Sequence record: NC_048170.1
DNA: 64,000 bases
Reading direction: 5' to 3' (one strand)
Shown one piece after another: positions 18,513 through 28,652 of the stretch (position 1 is the first letter of the stretch; every line of letters begins with the position of its first letter). The position numbers and the translations under genes were made by a program. The notes beneath the pieces were generated by a model, which had not been told where the DNA came from, made no database searches, and saw only the letters and a program-made list of their open reading frames with translations.

Positions 18513-20252
18513 TTATGCGACTTTACTAATAACGACTGCAGTGATACCAAGATGTAGGTCGACGCCATTCTGTACTTTAATCCAGCGGATATACAGGTTA
18601 GCGTTATCCTGTCCCGTACCACCTGGGACGTTATTGTTCCTATTCCATTGCGAGATTTCGAAACGTTTCTGCACGTTAGGACCAACCATGATTTCAAAGT
18701 GAGTCGGTTCTGGTGCTTTCGATTCCGTCTTCTCAAGATAGAGTGGATGTGTCGGGTAGTAAAGTTGGTTCAACCATTCACCCAGATCTGAGTGTTTGTT
18801 CGTCAAGTCAACATACGCGTTACCAGCAACATCGTAAGTAAACAACGCTTTCGTGTTACGACCGTACACATCCGTTGTCGTCGGTGTTGTTTGCGAGCTG
18901 AACGTTACTGTCCAGTAATCACCGGATGTCGCCGAACCTGCTTGCAGTAACGTCATTCGAATAGTCTGCGTATGACGTACGCGTTTGTAAACAGTAGGAT
19001 CGACTTCATCTAACCAGATGTTGTACGCAAATTCCTGAGGTTGTCCGTATTTCTTCGGATTAAACTCAGGGCTGTTCAGCGCCAATTGTACTTTATCGGT
19101 TACGTTGTAGTATCGTTCACGGTCAACGTTGTACAACCAGAACACCAGCTCGTATCCCACCGCATCAGATACCCATTGTGGATAGCAGAACAGTTTAACA
19201 CTGTATGCCCCTTTCGCTTCTTTAGAAACGACGGTATAAGGTACGCTGATGTGTTTCACTGCGCCAGGTAACGCGTAGGATGTGTCCTCATCATCGTCCA
19301 GGTAGTAGTGTAACGCCAGCGGGTGTTTGCTGTTGATAACCTGGGACGTGAAGACGTTAAGGCCATCCAACACAACCTTGTTGCCAGTAACCGGCCAATG
19401 TTTAATGGATCCGTCGCTGTAGGTGACTTCAGCTTGAAGGTCAACGGAATCCAGGTTGACGTTGATCGGCAACTCAAGCAGTTTGGTATCGCTGCTGTTC
19501 AGCCACGTTGATTTCAGTCGTACCCCGTCTTCCAGAATATATTTAATACCCTGGTCTGGTGTGCGTACATAGTCGGTGATACGAACGATCATACGTTTCA
19601 TGGATAGCGGCTGTGGACCATCGCCATAACCTACCACCATCACCTGCTCAAAATCTTCGACGGGCTTAATGCAGTAACCTTCGCGGGGTGCCCAGATAGC
19701 TTTATTCGTTCCGTCTTTGTAAGCGATAAGCTGACACGGAATAAAGTCACTGATCTTATTCCCACTGTTGTCATACATCGCACTGATGATTTCGCCTTTG
19801 GCGCTGATATCAGAACCACGGAACACGGCGATACGTCGAATATCCGAACCATGCAGATGGAAACGGCGATCGATATTCATCGTAGCAGGGATCGTGTTCG
19901 TATTAATCAATACGCGCCATGTATCGTACGACCATGTCGGATCAATACCCTCAAAGGTTGTCGTCCCATCGTCCTGACCATCGAACGGAGCAGAAAGCTG
20001 ACCGATAAGTTTAAGGGTACTTAGTTTAGTGCGATCGTCTACGGCGATAACACGATATACTGCGTTGGTATCCCAGTCTTCAACTTTATCGTCCACGTTG
20101 GGAACGTAAAGTTTCCAGTCTTCTTCAACGCCATTATAGATCTCTTTATACGCATAGGTGGTATAGCGTCTGTCGAGATCCTGAATAGCGAGTTTATCCG
20201 GATGCTGTTGTGCATAAAGCACCGGATTGGTAATCTCTCTTCCCATTATCAC
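18513..20252 (-). CDS. Virion structural protein (phiKZ gp26-like, tail/baseplate block)
   Basis: 579 aa, beta-rich; position between terL and sheath matches recalled phiKZ order and size. Confidence 0.7.
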   Translation of the reverse strand: MIMGREITNPVLYAQQHPDKLAIQDLDRRYTTYAYKEIYNGVEEDWKLYVPNVDDKVEDWDTNAVYRVIAVDDRTKLSTLKLIGQLSAPFDGQDDGTTTFEGIDPTWSYDTWRVLINTNTIPATMNIDRRFHLHGSDIRRIAVFRGSDISAKGEIISAMYDNSGNKISDFIPCQLIAYKDGTNKAIWAPREGYCIKPVEDFEQVMVVGYGDGPQPLSMKRMIVRITDYVRTPDQGIKYILEDGVRLKSTWLNSSDTKLLELPINVNLDSVDLQAEVTYSDGSIKHWPVTGNKVVLDGLNVFTSQVINSKHPLALHYYLDDDEDTSYALPGAVKHISVPYTVVSKEAKGAYSVKLFCYPQWVSDAVGYELVFWLYNVDRERYYNVTDKVQLALNSPEFNPKKYGQPQEFAYNIWLDEVDPTVYKRVRHTQTIRMTLLQAGSATSGDYWTVTFSSQTTPTTTDVYGRNTKALFTYDVAGNAYVDLTNKHSDLGEWLNQLYYPTHPLYLEKTESKAPEPTHFEIMVGPNVQKRFEISQWNRNNNVPGGTGQDNANLYIRWIKVQNGVDLHLGITAVVISKVA

Positions 20253-22843
20253 TCACCTTTGATTGTGTAAAACTTCGTGAAGTCCACGCGATCTTTCAAG
20301 AACTCACGACTGACACGTTCTAAGAACCGCAGTTGTTTAACCGTAACTTCGAGCGGCGTCCAACTGTCATGTGGATGAATAGAAACCATACGCCAATCGT
20401 AATTACATAACGCAGGATCGTAGTCATAGAACCATTTATACGGCTCCATGAAATCCATCAGTTTAACGTCCTGCATATCAGGATCGGGATCGATAACACC
20501 ATTGATAAGATCGTACGTTACGGCCATCAGCGTTGGACTGATAAGCTGGTATTTGTTTTCAATCGTTACCGGCGTATCGTACTTCACACGAGGGAAATAC
20601 AAGGACATATAGTCTTCAACGCGTTTATCGGTTTCAAGACTTTTGTCGCGTAGATAATACGTGTCTGTGTTCACGAGACCACGGATAGGGGCAATAACGT
20701 GGTAGATCGCATAAGGCACCCCATCGTTGACTTTGATGTCGGCAGGGTATTGCGTGTCCTCAGCTGTAACCACTTCGCTACGATCGTAAATACGTCCACC
20801 AACCACAATACGAACAACATGATCGTCACGAACATTAAACACATCGTCGTAAGAAAGCTGGTTATGCATCGTCCAACCGGTATCGTAAACGGTTTCACCG
20901 GTTAAGTCCGTACGTGGAAAACCAGTACATCTCACGGTAACCGTGTGCGTGTTCCCTTCACCGAAATACCGTTTCGCGTTGATCACGATCGTTGGCCATT
21001 TTACGATATAATCGATATCGCGTACCAAGCTGTAGCTTTTGGTTGCTTGCTCGTCACCTAACCATACTTCGATTTGACCGGGTTCGAAAGGCAGCGGATA
21101 TTCAACATCAATACCCGTCGTAACATCCAACCATACAGTGTGATTACGATGTTGTATCGTGGTCTTATACGCTAAGAAGTAGGTGTCGAACAATACTAAA
21201 CCGGTTTGCTTTCTTCCATCCAGCGACCATTTTATTACCCCGTTCTCTTCCGTTACCACAGAAGCATCGTCGGTAACATCCTTCCAGGTGTTCGCAACAG
21301 GTTGTCCGTTACGAAGGTTTACGCTATAACAGCGGTAACTCGCCCATTCACGGATTGGGACGTCGGCAACACCCATTACGTAATCAAGCGTTCTCCCACC
21401 AACACCCGATCGACCCTCAACATAGGACGTGGTTTCATATTGCGGATAAAAATGTCGGCCCGCCGGATGTTGCGTGATACCCAATAATAGACCGTCACTG
21501 TCGTACTCAAAGAACGTCGCATTTGCACGCAATCCCCATGGTACTTCAGCAGTAGGTGTACCCATATCGTCAGTAACGCGTTGTGGGCTATCTGCAACCA
21601 GTTTTGCCATCGCGTTATACCCGTAAGCGGAGGTCACCATGTCGATCGTGATATTGCTTTCCTTATTACGCATGATGCGCGTATAATCACTGGCTTCAAG
21701 GGTACGTGCAAAGAACTCAGGTATATTAGCGTTCTGTTCTAACATTGCACCGACGATGACGTCGTCTGGAAGTTTATACAATTCGTGGATGCGGTTATGT
21801 TCGAAGGTTAACTGCGTTTTCAGCCCACTATCGCGGACAACCACTTCCAGGGTTAAATCACGAAGCGATTCTGCTCCATCAACCCGTTCAACGAAGTAGC
21901 TGACATAATCAACAGGAATCCCGTAATCACGATGCGTGAGCATGCGGATACTATTTTCCTGGTTGGTGTGGTAATAACGCCCTTTTCCGTTAGGCCCTTT
22001 CACGTAGATATCAACGTCATCACGATACCGGATTTTAGTATCCGCTTCATCTTTCGGCGGATGAATAAGATACTTCACTTTTTTGTCCAGATCGCTGTTG
22101 TATGTTTTAAGATCTTCTACACGGAAACTATAACGATGAACAACTGTGCCATCATAGATGACCTGAATGCTATCGCCGATCTTAAAACTTGACGGTGGGA
22201 TGTCTTCAACCGCTTCACCATTGATGCTACAGTGCGTCCAACCGATCCCGGTTTCTTGGATCTTTTTACGCCAAGCGTATAGCTGACGCTGCCACTGTAG
22301 AACCTGCGTTGAACTGGTTACAATCCCGCCAAGGACATGCACCTCGCGTCCCGTCGGTTTCGTGTATGACGGATAGCCTTCCGCGAAGTCAGCATTGAGA
22401 TAGGTGCGCCAGTAATAATTGCCAACGCCAAGGTCAGCGATATTCGGTTGGTCGAGCACACAGACCAGCATCGTTTCGTTTTCCAGATTACCCGTCCACG
22501 TTAATGTCAACGGGAATTCTTTACCGTCCTCGGTATAGATATTGTAATACGATCCCTTCACTTCACAGAACTTGCTGAGTTCTCGCCACCATAACCGCCC
22601 AGCCCCGACATTAAAATCCTCCCCCATATGTCGTCCAATAACAAACACATGGAACGTATTCGTATCGTCAGGAAGATTGAATGTACGATGCCAAGCCGTA
22701 AAGTTTTTTACTGCGCCGGTCTTTCCGGTAATACGACGCATCTTGATACGATGCTGGTTGTCCATTAATGGACGGCAGTTCACATTCAGCGCAGCATGAT
22801 TTATCAAGTATTGCGCTGTAGGATTAGAAGCGTTCAACACCAC
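20249..22843 (-). CDS. Virion structural protein (phiKZ gp27-like)
   Basis: 864 aa; synteny and size. Confidence 0.7.
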   Translation of the reverse strand: MVLNASNPTAQYLINHAALNVNCRPLMDNQHRIKMRRITGKTGAVKNFTAWHRTFNLPDDTNTFHVFVIGRHMGEDFNVGAGRLWWRELSKFCEVKGSYYNIYTEDGKEFPLTLTWTGNLENETMLVCVLDQPNIADLGVGNYYWRTYLNADFAEGYPSYTKPTGREVHVLGGIVTSSTQVLQWQRQLYAWRKKIQETGIGWTHCSINGEAVEDIPPSSFKIGDSIQVIYDGTVVHRYSFRVEDLKTYNSDLDKKVKYLIHPPKDEADTKIRYRDDVDIYVKGPNGKGRYYHTNQENSIRMLTHRDYGIPVDYVSYFVERVDGAESLRDLTLEVVVRDSGLKTQLTFEHNRIHELYKLPDDVIVGAMLEQNANIPEFFARTLEASDYTRIMRNKESNITIDMVTSAYGYNAMAKLVADSPQRVTDDMGTPTAEVPWGLRANATFFEYDSDGLLLGITQHPAGRHFYPQYETTSYVEGRSGVGGRTLDYVMGVADVPIREWASYRCYSVNLRNGQPVANTWKDVTDDASVVTEENGVIKWSLDGRKQTGLVLFDTYFLAYKTTIQHRNHTVWLDVTTGIDVEYPLPFEPGQIEVWLGDEQATKSYSLVRDIDYIVKWPTIVINAKRYFGEGNTHTVTVRCTGFPRTDLTGETVYDTGWTMHNQLSYDDVFNVRDDHVVRIVVGGRIYDRSEVVTAEDTQYPADIKVNDGVPYAIYHVIAPIRGLVNTDTYYLRDKSLETDKRVEDYMSLYFPRVKYDTPVTIENKYQLISPTLMAVTYDLINGVIDPDPDMQDVKLMDFMEPYKWFYDYDPALCNYDWRMVSIHPHDSWTPLEVTVKQLRFLERVSREFLKDRVDFTKFYTIKGE

Positions 22844-23771
22844 GGCATGCCTCCAGGAGGTATTTCATGTTGGCTTGGAAATCATTGACATCACGCGCCA
22901 TACGACGCTGATCTGCCATGAGACGAGCCAACACGGTATCACGGTAACCACGATCGTGGTCAGCAGCAGAGCATAAAAGAATAAATGTTGGTGGGTGCTC
23001 TAAAGCAATCCCGGCAACTTCTTTACTATAACCCCCAACCCAACTGTAAGCGGTGATTTCAAACAACAACGCCTGGGTTAACGTGTTCAAACGGGGACTG
23101 ATATTACTTTCTTTTAACGCTGTTACAAAAGCTGCCATGTTAGGGATGTAACCCAGGTTTTCGGTTGCGATACCGATGCTCGCAAAATCGTAACGAAGCG
23201 TTGTCTGGATGGTGCGCACCATAGTTAGTCTTTCATTATTTGTAAGGCTATCTTTAAACAAGCAAAGATAATACCATGCTGTTATGATGGCAACATCACG
23301 ACGTTGTTGAAGGTCCAACCCTAAACGCTGTGTGATTTGTCCGCTAATCCAATCACAAAAGACACGCATCGGGATAGGGCCAAGACGTTCAAAAGGGCGT
23401 GTGCCCAAGGATTCCCATCCTACCTGAAGATACGCACGTGATTGAAGAAAGTTATATTCACGTTCGTTAACAACGGTAGTACGCGATCCTGGGCGTGAAG
23501 TGTCTGTTGGGGTGCGTGCGTAAGCGCGTTGGTCGATAACAACGCGCTGTCCGTCCATCACTGTTTTAATGACCAGCGGATGGCCGAAAGAAGGGATATC
23601 GTCCAACGTATTTTTGTTGCCGATGACTTCGAGAACGGGAGTGTTTACGCCACTTTCTTCACCGGGTGCACTTAACAATCCGCCGACGTAAGCAACTTCG
23701 ATAGCGGTTCGGATACGGTCAATGCCTTTTAGTTTTGTTCCAACAGTTGTGTCGTAAGGAGAGATGAACAT
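22824..23771 (-). CDS. Virion-associated protein (phiKZ gp28-like)
   Basis: 315 aa; MFISPYDTT start with aaGGAattacatATG; divergent from the sheath gene. Confidence 0.7.
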   Translation of the reverse strand: MFISPYDTTVGTKLKGIDRIRTAIEVAYVGGLLSAPGEESGVNTPVLEVIGNKNTLDDIPSFGHPLVIKTVMDGQRVVIDQRAYARTPTDTSRPGSRTTVVNEREYNFLQSRAYLQVGWESLGTRPFERLGPIPMRVFCDWISGQITQRLGLDLQQRRDVAIITAWYYLCLFKDSLTNNERLTMVRTIQTTLRYDFASIGIATENLGYIPNMAAFVTALKESNISPRLNTLTQALLFEITAYSWVGGYSKEVAGIALEHPPTFILLCSAADHDRGYRDTVLARLMADQRRMARDVNDFQANMKYLLEACRGVERF

Positions 23772-23914
23772 ATGTAATTCCTTTATTACGGCATATAAGA
23801 AAACGGGTTAAGCACACAGATTTACGCATAATTGTAATATTTTACGTTATGCCTATGACATTGTGTCACGTGTGCAATTATGTCATACAATTTCCTTAAA
23901 TTAAGGAGAGTTCC

Positions 23915-25987
23915 ATGAGGCTTAAGAATAGCACGCCTCGCGCGATTTTTACGGGCTTTAAAGAGGGTCTTACCACGGATCCGGTTACAGCCCCAGAGAT
24001 CACGCCCATTCACCTCCCGTATGTTTTCATTCAGGGTGGTCGTGGTAAAGAGGACACCTTGCTGTTAACAGGGGACGCCCTGTCTACAGTCTACGGTGAA
24101 GATATGCTGAACTACCGCAGTAAGTACGCTTCTCCAGCAACACTGATTGCTCGTCAGGCTGCTTCTACAGGTAGCGCGATCTTCACAAAACGTTTGGTTG
24201 CGCCGGATGCAACGGCAGCACGCATCCGTATCGGTGTTGAAGTGGTCGCCGATAAACTGGTCGTTTACCAGCGTAACGCTGACGGGTCCTTTGTGAAGGA
24301 CACGCTCGGCAACAAAATCCCTGACGGCGATAAAACCGTTGACGGGTTGAAAATGCGTTGGGTTGTTAACCACGACAAAGATGCCGAAACACCTAATGCT
24401 TTCGGTAAAGATGAAGTGGTTCTCGGACAACTGACTGCAACTGGTGGTGCCCAGAGCAACTACTATCCTATTCTGGATGGATTGGTGAGCTGGCGTGGTG
24501 CTGAAGGGGACAACATCGGCATACGTCTGGAAGCACCGACCGCGCTGAGCAGTAACCCTACCCGTACCGATATTATCGAACGTATCGGTGCTTTCCTGTA
24601 CCGCATTCAGTTCGTGGAACGCAAGTCTTCACGTACTGCGCCGACGGTCATTCGTACGATCAGCGGTATGGAACAAGAAACCTTCGCGTTGCAGGAAGGT
24701 GTTATCCAGCCTGATGACGAAACCGATCTGTCCTTCGGTAAAGTGGTCGTTGACGCCTACGAGTATAATGAGACGGGTAATACCCCGATCTTTGCTCCGA
24801 TGGATCAGATGCATCTTTATCAGAAGAACATCGATGACGTCGTCAAGATGCTGTACGAATCTGAACGCAAAGTTAACAACGATCTGTTAACCGACGTTGA
24901 ATTCGTCGAAGGCCAGATGAACATCTTCACCGGTGTTGATTACAACGGCATCCCGTATCAAACCATCGAAGTTCTCGATGCGGATCAGGGCGGTGCTATC
25001 TTCGACGGTACCAGCACCTTCTACGCGATCGATGGTAGTGACGGTGACGTAAACTGGGATACCTTCGATGCGTTAGCGAAGCAGCAGTTCGAATCGTTCG
25101 GCAACATGGGCGAAGATCTGGAAGACATGGCTTTCTATCCGTTCTCCATCGTGTATGACATTGGTTACAAAGTCGACACGAAGAAAGCGATGGCAAACGT
25201 CTTGTCTCTGCGTCCGGATGTCATGATCATTGCGTCAACCCATACCTGGAAGGGTGTGGAACTGAATGTCGATGAAGAAAGCTCCATGGGCGCAATGCTG
25301 CGTAACTACTACCGTCTGCATCCAGAAAGCGTGCTTTACAATACCCCAGCTTGCCGTGCTGCTGTATTCATGCAATACGGTGAAAGCATCGAAGCGCCAA
25401 GCCTGGGTAAAGTTCCGTTGACGCTGGAAGTTGCTAATAAACTCGCAACTTACATGGGTGCTTCGGATGGTGTTATCCGCGGTACTCGCATCGATAACAA
25501 CCCTGGTAACGTTGTCACAACGATGCGTAAAATCAACAAGACGTATCGTAACGCAACGGTCCGCGATCGTGATTGGGAAAACGGCTTGAACTATGTTCAG
25601 ACCTACAACCGTAATTCCAACTTCTTCCCGGCTTGGGGCACGATCTACAATAACGACCGTTCGGTATGGCGTTCGTTGATCAACGTGATCATCGGTTGCG
25701 ATCTGACGCGTGTCTGCTATCGTCTCTGGGCAGAAACCACCGGTACTACAGGAATGGATGAAACGCTGTTCCTGAAACTGATGGGTGAACGCTTCCTGGA
25801 ATACACCACGGGTCGTTACAACGACCACGTGACTGTTAAGGGACGTTTCTACCTGGATAAAGAAGACGGCTATAACGGCTTCAGCTATCACGGCGATATC
25901 AGCCTGATCGGCGATCCAGGCATGACCGTGGGTACGTTTACCATCACCGGGCTGCGTCGTAACACCGAAGCAGCAGAAGCGGCGTAA
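23915..25987 (+). CDS. Contractile tail sheath protein (phiKZ gp29-like)
   Basis: 690 aa; AGGAG SD; N-terminal PIHLPYVFIQG and sheath-like C-terminal domain; directly followed by a tube-sized gene. Confidence 0.85.
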   Translation: MRLKNSTPRAIFTGFKEGLTTDPVTAPEITPIHLPYVFIQGGRGKEDTLLLTGDALSTVYGEDMLNYRSKYASPATLIARQAASTGSAIFTKRLVAPDATAARIRIGVEVVADKLVVYQRNADGSFVKDTLGNKIPDGDKTVDGLKMRWVVNHDKDAETPNAFGKDEVVLGQLTATGGAQSNYYPILDGLVSWRGAEGDNIGIRLEAPTALSSNPTRTDIIERIGAFLYRIQFVERKSSRTAPTVIRTISGMEQETFALQEGVIQPDDETDLSFGKVVVDAYEYNETGNTPIFAPMDQMHLYQKNIDDVVKMLYESERKVNNDLLTDVEFVEGQMNIFTGVDYNGIPYQTIEVLDADQGGAIFDGTSTFYAIDGSDGDVNWDTFDALAKQQFESFGNMGEDLEDMAFYPFSIVYDIGYKVDTKKAMANVLSLRPDVMIIASTHTWKGVELNVDEESSMGAMLRNYYRLHPESVLYNTPACRAAVFMQYGESIEAPSLGKVPLTLEVANKLATYMGASDGVIRGTRIDNNPGNVVTTMRKINKTYRNATVRDRDWENGLNYVQTYNRNSNFFPAWGTIYNNDRSVWRSLINVIIGCDLTRVCYRLWAETTGTTGMDETLFLKLMGERFLEYTTGRYNDHVTVKGRFYLDKEDGYNGFSYHGDISLIGDPGMTVGTFTITGLRRNTEAAEAA

Positions 25988-26002
25988 TGAGAGGAGTCCA
26001 TA

Positions 26003-26893
26003 ATGCGTCCTGATAATACCCTACTCGGTGAACAGGGTGTTGGTGCTCTTAGCAACGCGGCTATGGTCGATATTCGTGCAGGTGCCCAAAACGGGTACAT
26101 CAGCAATATCGGTACGTACGTTGCTAACGCCAACTACATTCCGAACCAAATGTTCTGTCTCCTGCTGGAGGCACCACGTGGTTTCAACTATCTACCTAAC
26201 CCGGATGTACAGATTGGTTATCTGAAGGCGCTGGTAGAAGAGGTTGCGCATTCGATTACCGGTCTGCAACGCGGATTGGAAGTTGAATTCGTTAGCGTCC
26301 CGGTTTCTGGTTCCGGTGAAATCCAGGAAGAAGTTTCTGACGTTAAACGTCCTCGCTCTAACCCGACTTTCGGGATCTATGAGAAAGAAGGTCGTTCCGT
26401 TAGTTACTTCCTGGAACAATGGATCACGTATCTGTTGATGGATCCGGATGCCAAATATCCGATGTTGTCGTCTATCGTATCCACCGGTGGTCCAACCGAC
26501 CTGCTGGCGGATTATCGTAGCGCAACAATGCTGTTCGTTGAACCAGACCGTCAACACAAGAAAGTGGTTAACGCCTGGCTGTGCACGAACATGATGCCTC
26601 ACGGTACCGGTGACTGGACATCACGTCGTAACAAGAACGATGCGCCAAACGTGGTAGAATTGAGCATTCAGTTCACAGCGTTAACACAGACCAACTACGG
26701 TGTGCGTGCTTTTGCACAACGTCTGCTGGATAAGATGAACCTGCTCAAAGTGAACCCGGATTTCCGTCCGGCTTATCTGAGCGACATCGATCCTGCTGTG
26801 GCAGCGCAGAAGGTTGGCTATACCTTCGACTTTGATAACAACGATACCTTTGAGGTACCGAATACTTATCAAAACGTAACACCTCGCGTGTAA
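26003..26893 (+). CDS. Tail tube protein (phiKZ gp30-like)
   Basis: 296 aa; GAGGAG SD; AWLCTNMMP and VELSIQF tube-like strands; immediately after the sheath. Confidence 0.8.
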   Translation: MRPDNTLLGEQGVGALSNAAMVDIRAGAQNGYISNIGTYVANANYIPNQMFCLLLEAPRGFNYLPNPDVQIGYLKALVEEVAHSITGLQRGLEVEFVSVPVSGSGEIQEEVSDVKRPRSNPTFGIYEKEGRSVSYFLEQWITYLLMDPDAKYPMLSSIVSTGGPTDLLADYRSATMLFVEPDRQHKKVVNAWLCTNMMPHGTGDWTSRRNKNDAPNVVELSIQFTALTQTNYGVRAFAQRLLDKMNLLKVNPDFRPAYLSDIDPAVAAQKVGYTFDFDNNDTFEVPNTYQNVTPRV

Positions 26894-26896
26894 CGT

Positions 26897-26964
26897 AAAA
26901 AAAAAAAAGCATATTAACCTCCCTTCCTTCCCTAGCCGTCAAGGCCGGGGAAGGAAGGTTTATG
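26897..26964. terminator. Bidirectional hairpin with A12 tract and flanking TATG
   Basis: CCTTCCTTCCC-TA-GCC-GTCAA-GGC-CG-GGGAAGGAAGG at 26922-26958. TATG at 26961-64 (+) and 26913-10 (-). A12 at 26897-26908. Confidence 0.75.
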
Positions 26965-26970
26965 GTTTAT

Positions 26971-27510
26971 TTACTGTTTGTTCGTGGCTTCACGAATGAA
27001 AATGACATCAGGATATTCTTGAGATTCAATGAATTCAGGATTACGATAACGACGAATATGACGCATCGTTGTACAAGCAAGTTTGTAAAGATGTTCCTCC
27101 TCACGTTGTGTTAATAACATCAGTTGCGCGTCTGGAATCACGAATGGGAGTCTTTCATTCACATATTCTCGAAGGTCATCGAGATCATCGTGATGAATGC
27201 CCTCTGAGAGCTTATATAACGCTTCCAGCAATTCTAATCCGCCGAACTGGTAACTTCCTATTGTCGTCGTAAACAATGCGCCAGAACGCGTGGTGGATGC
27301 TCTATCGGCGACATCGTATTGTTCTAACATATATCCGTAGACCATGCTACGTCGATCCAGTGTATCCGTAACGAGATTACGCCACCGTTCCAGTCTTTCG
27401 AGCGCTTTGTCGATAGAGTAAACGATCATGCCATGTTCATCCAACTCTTCCGCAATACCCAATAGTTCGTTGTTGTTAGGTTTTGCTGCACCGATAAGAA
27501 AAACACTCAT
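26971..27510 (-). CDS. Hypothetical protein
   Basis: 179 aa; TAATG coupling to the upstream gene at 27510. Confidence 0.7.
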   Translation of the reverse strand: MSVFLIGAAKPNNNELLGIAEELDEHGMIVYSIDKALERLERWRNLVTDTLDRRSMVYGYMLEQYDVADRASTTRSGALFTTTIGSYQFGGLELLEALYKLSEGIHHDDLDDLREYVNERLPFVIPDAQLMLLTQREEEHLYKLACTTMRHIRRYRNPEFIESQEYPDVIFIREATNKQ

Positions 27511-27923
27511 TACTCAAACTCCTTATTCCAAAACTCGATTAATGAATCGAGCTGTTCCTTACTGGTTATCTCACCTCCCCTAACAAAATGAAATCGTTCT
27601 TGAATGGCGATCTTTTCAAGGATATCGGTAAGCAAATGACGGTGACAGAAATTTCCTGCAGGACAATAACACCCTAACACCACAACCGGATGGGAGAATA
27701 AAGCCAACCATTCCGGTGTATGATCAACAAAGCTTTTACGCATAAGCGTGTAGTAGCCTGCGGTATATTCATCCTCGGTTAACGTTTTTGATTTGATTCC
27801 TGTAACAAGTTCCCATGAAGGTGCGAAGAGCGGGTTACCTGTTTTCACCGTCGTGTCCAGTAGGAACGCTCGTGTGTCTGAAAGCCAACGATATTTGGCT
27901 AATTGAAGGGTGTATAAAAACAC
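27510..27923 (-). CDS. DUF488/YeaO-like protein with a Cys/His metal-binding motif
   Basis: FAPSWELV ... EY ... Y and LGCYCPAGNFCHRHLL resemble DUF488-family motifs (recall, no HMM run). Confidence 0.55.
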   Translation of the reverse strand: MFLYTLQLAKYRWLSDTRAFLLDTTVKTGNPLFAPSWELVTGIKSKTLTEDEYTAGYYTLMRKSFVDHTPEWLALFSHPVVVLGCYCPAGNFCHRHLLTDILEKIAIQERFHFVRGGEITSKEQLDSLIEFWNKEFE

Positions 27924-27958
27924 AGCGCTAACCCCAAAGGATAAAAATAAAACCTTGA

Positions 27959-27996
27959 CATAACCACCACCGTAGCCCTGTATGGGGCTACGGTGG
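27959..27996 (-). terminator. 12-bp hairpin plus GTTATGTC
   Basis: CCACCGTAGCCC/GGGCTACGGTGG at 27967-27996; minus-strand TATG at 27962-59. Confidence 0.7.
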
Positions 27997-28026
27997 GGTC
28001 ATACAGAGAGACGTGTTAAGTTACAA

Positions 28027-28506
28027 TCAGTCTTTCAGCAGCTCAGCCGCATACGCGCTGATGTTGTCGCGAATATGCTTAACCTGAGTTGTCGGGAAAG
28101 ATTTCTTATACGCGGTAGTCAGGCGTCCGTAAACCTGTTTCTTCTCGTTAGAGCCGAAACCAACTTCAGCGCTGCGTTGAACCGTTGCAGACACAACGTC
28201 TTTGCCCAGCGGCAGGGTTACAGAAACAACGTCAACCTGTTTGTTATCCGCCATGAACTGCGCGCCAACGCGACCTACCGCCAGACCATGAGCCAGACCG
28301 ATATCGGTGGTCAGTTTCTGTGCTTTTTCCAGGATTTCTTTTTCTTCCGGCGTTACCAGAGTACCCAGGAAATCACTACCTAACTTCTGGCTACCAGATT
28401 CGTCCAGTTTAATACCAGCGGCGATTTTATCAGAAAGAGCCTGAACTTCCGGACGTACGTTAGAAGTGGTTTCAGTCGCTACGGTGGTTTCTACAGCTTC
28501 AGACAT
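28027..28506 (-). CDS. Probable abundant small protein, possibly a head protein
   Basis: 159 aa; GGAG SD; own downstream hairpin; N-terminal VATE resembles an A-x-E protease site. Confidence 0.7.
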   Translation of the reverse strand: MSEAVETTVATETTSNVRPEVQALSDKIAAGIKLDESGSQKLGSDFLGTLVTPEEKEILEKAQKLTTDIGLAHGLAVGRVGAQFMADNKQVDVVSVTLPLGKDVVSATVQRSAEVGFGSNEKKQVYGRLTTAYKKSFPTTQVKHIRDNISAYAAELLKD

Positions 28507-28629
28507 GTTAATACTCCAATTAGTTTTTTCGATCGATCAAAAGGATAAAATCAGAAGATTCTTTCTTCATAGGGAAAACACAAGTCGGTTAAGGTTTACT
28601 TCTTAAACTCCTTGCGTTCTATCAGTTAG

Positions 28630-28652
28630 GTAATATAGACCTCAACTTTTTT
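28630..28652 (-). promoter_or_regulatory. Candidate early promoter TATATTAC
   Basis: Exact TATATTAC at 28637-28630 with an upstream A-run; matches the phiKZ early consensus. Confidence 0.55.

Noticed and set aside
25235-25891. 218-aa antisense ORF in the sheath gene, and similar shadows (24065..24430, 26192..26602, 27982..28383, 32008..32403, 43662..44117, 62467..62943)
   Set aside because: Antisense or alternate-frame shadows of long well-supported genes, expected from biased codon usage.
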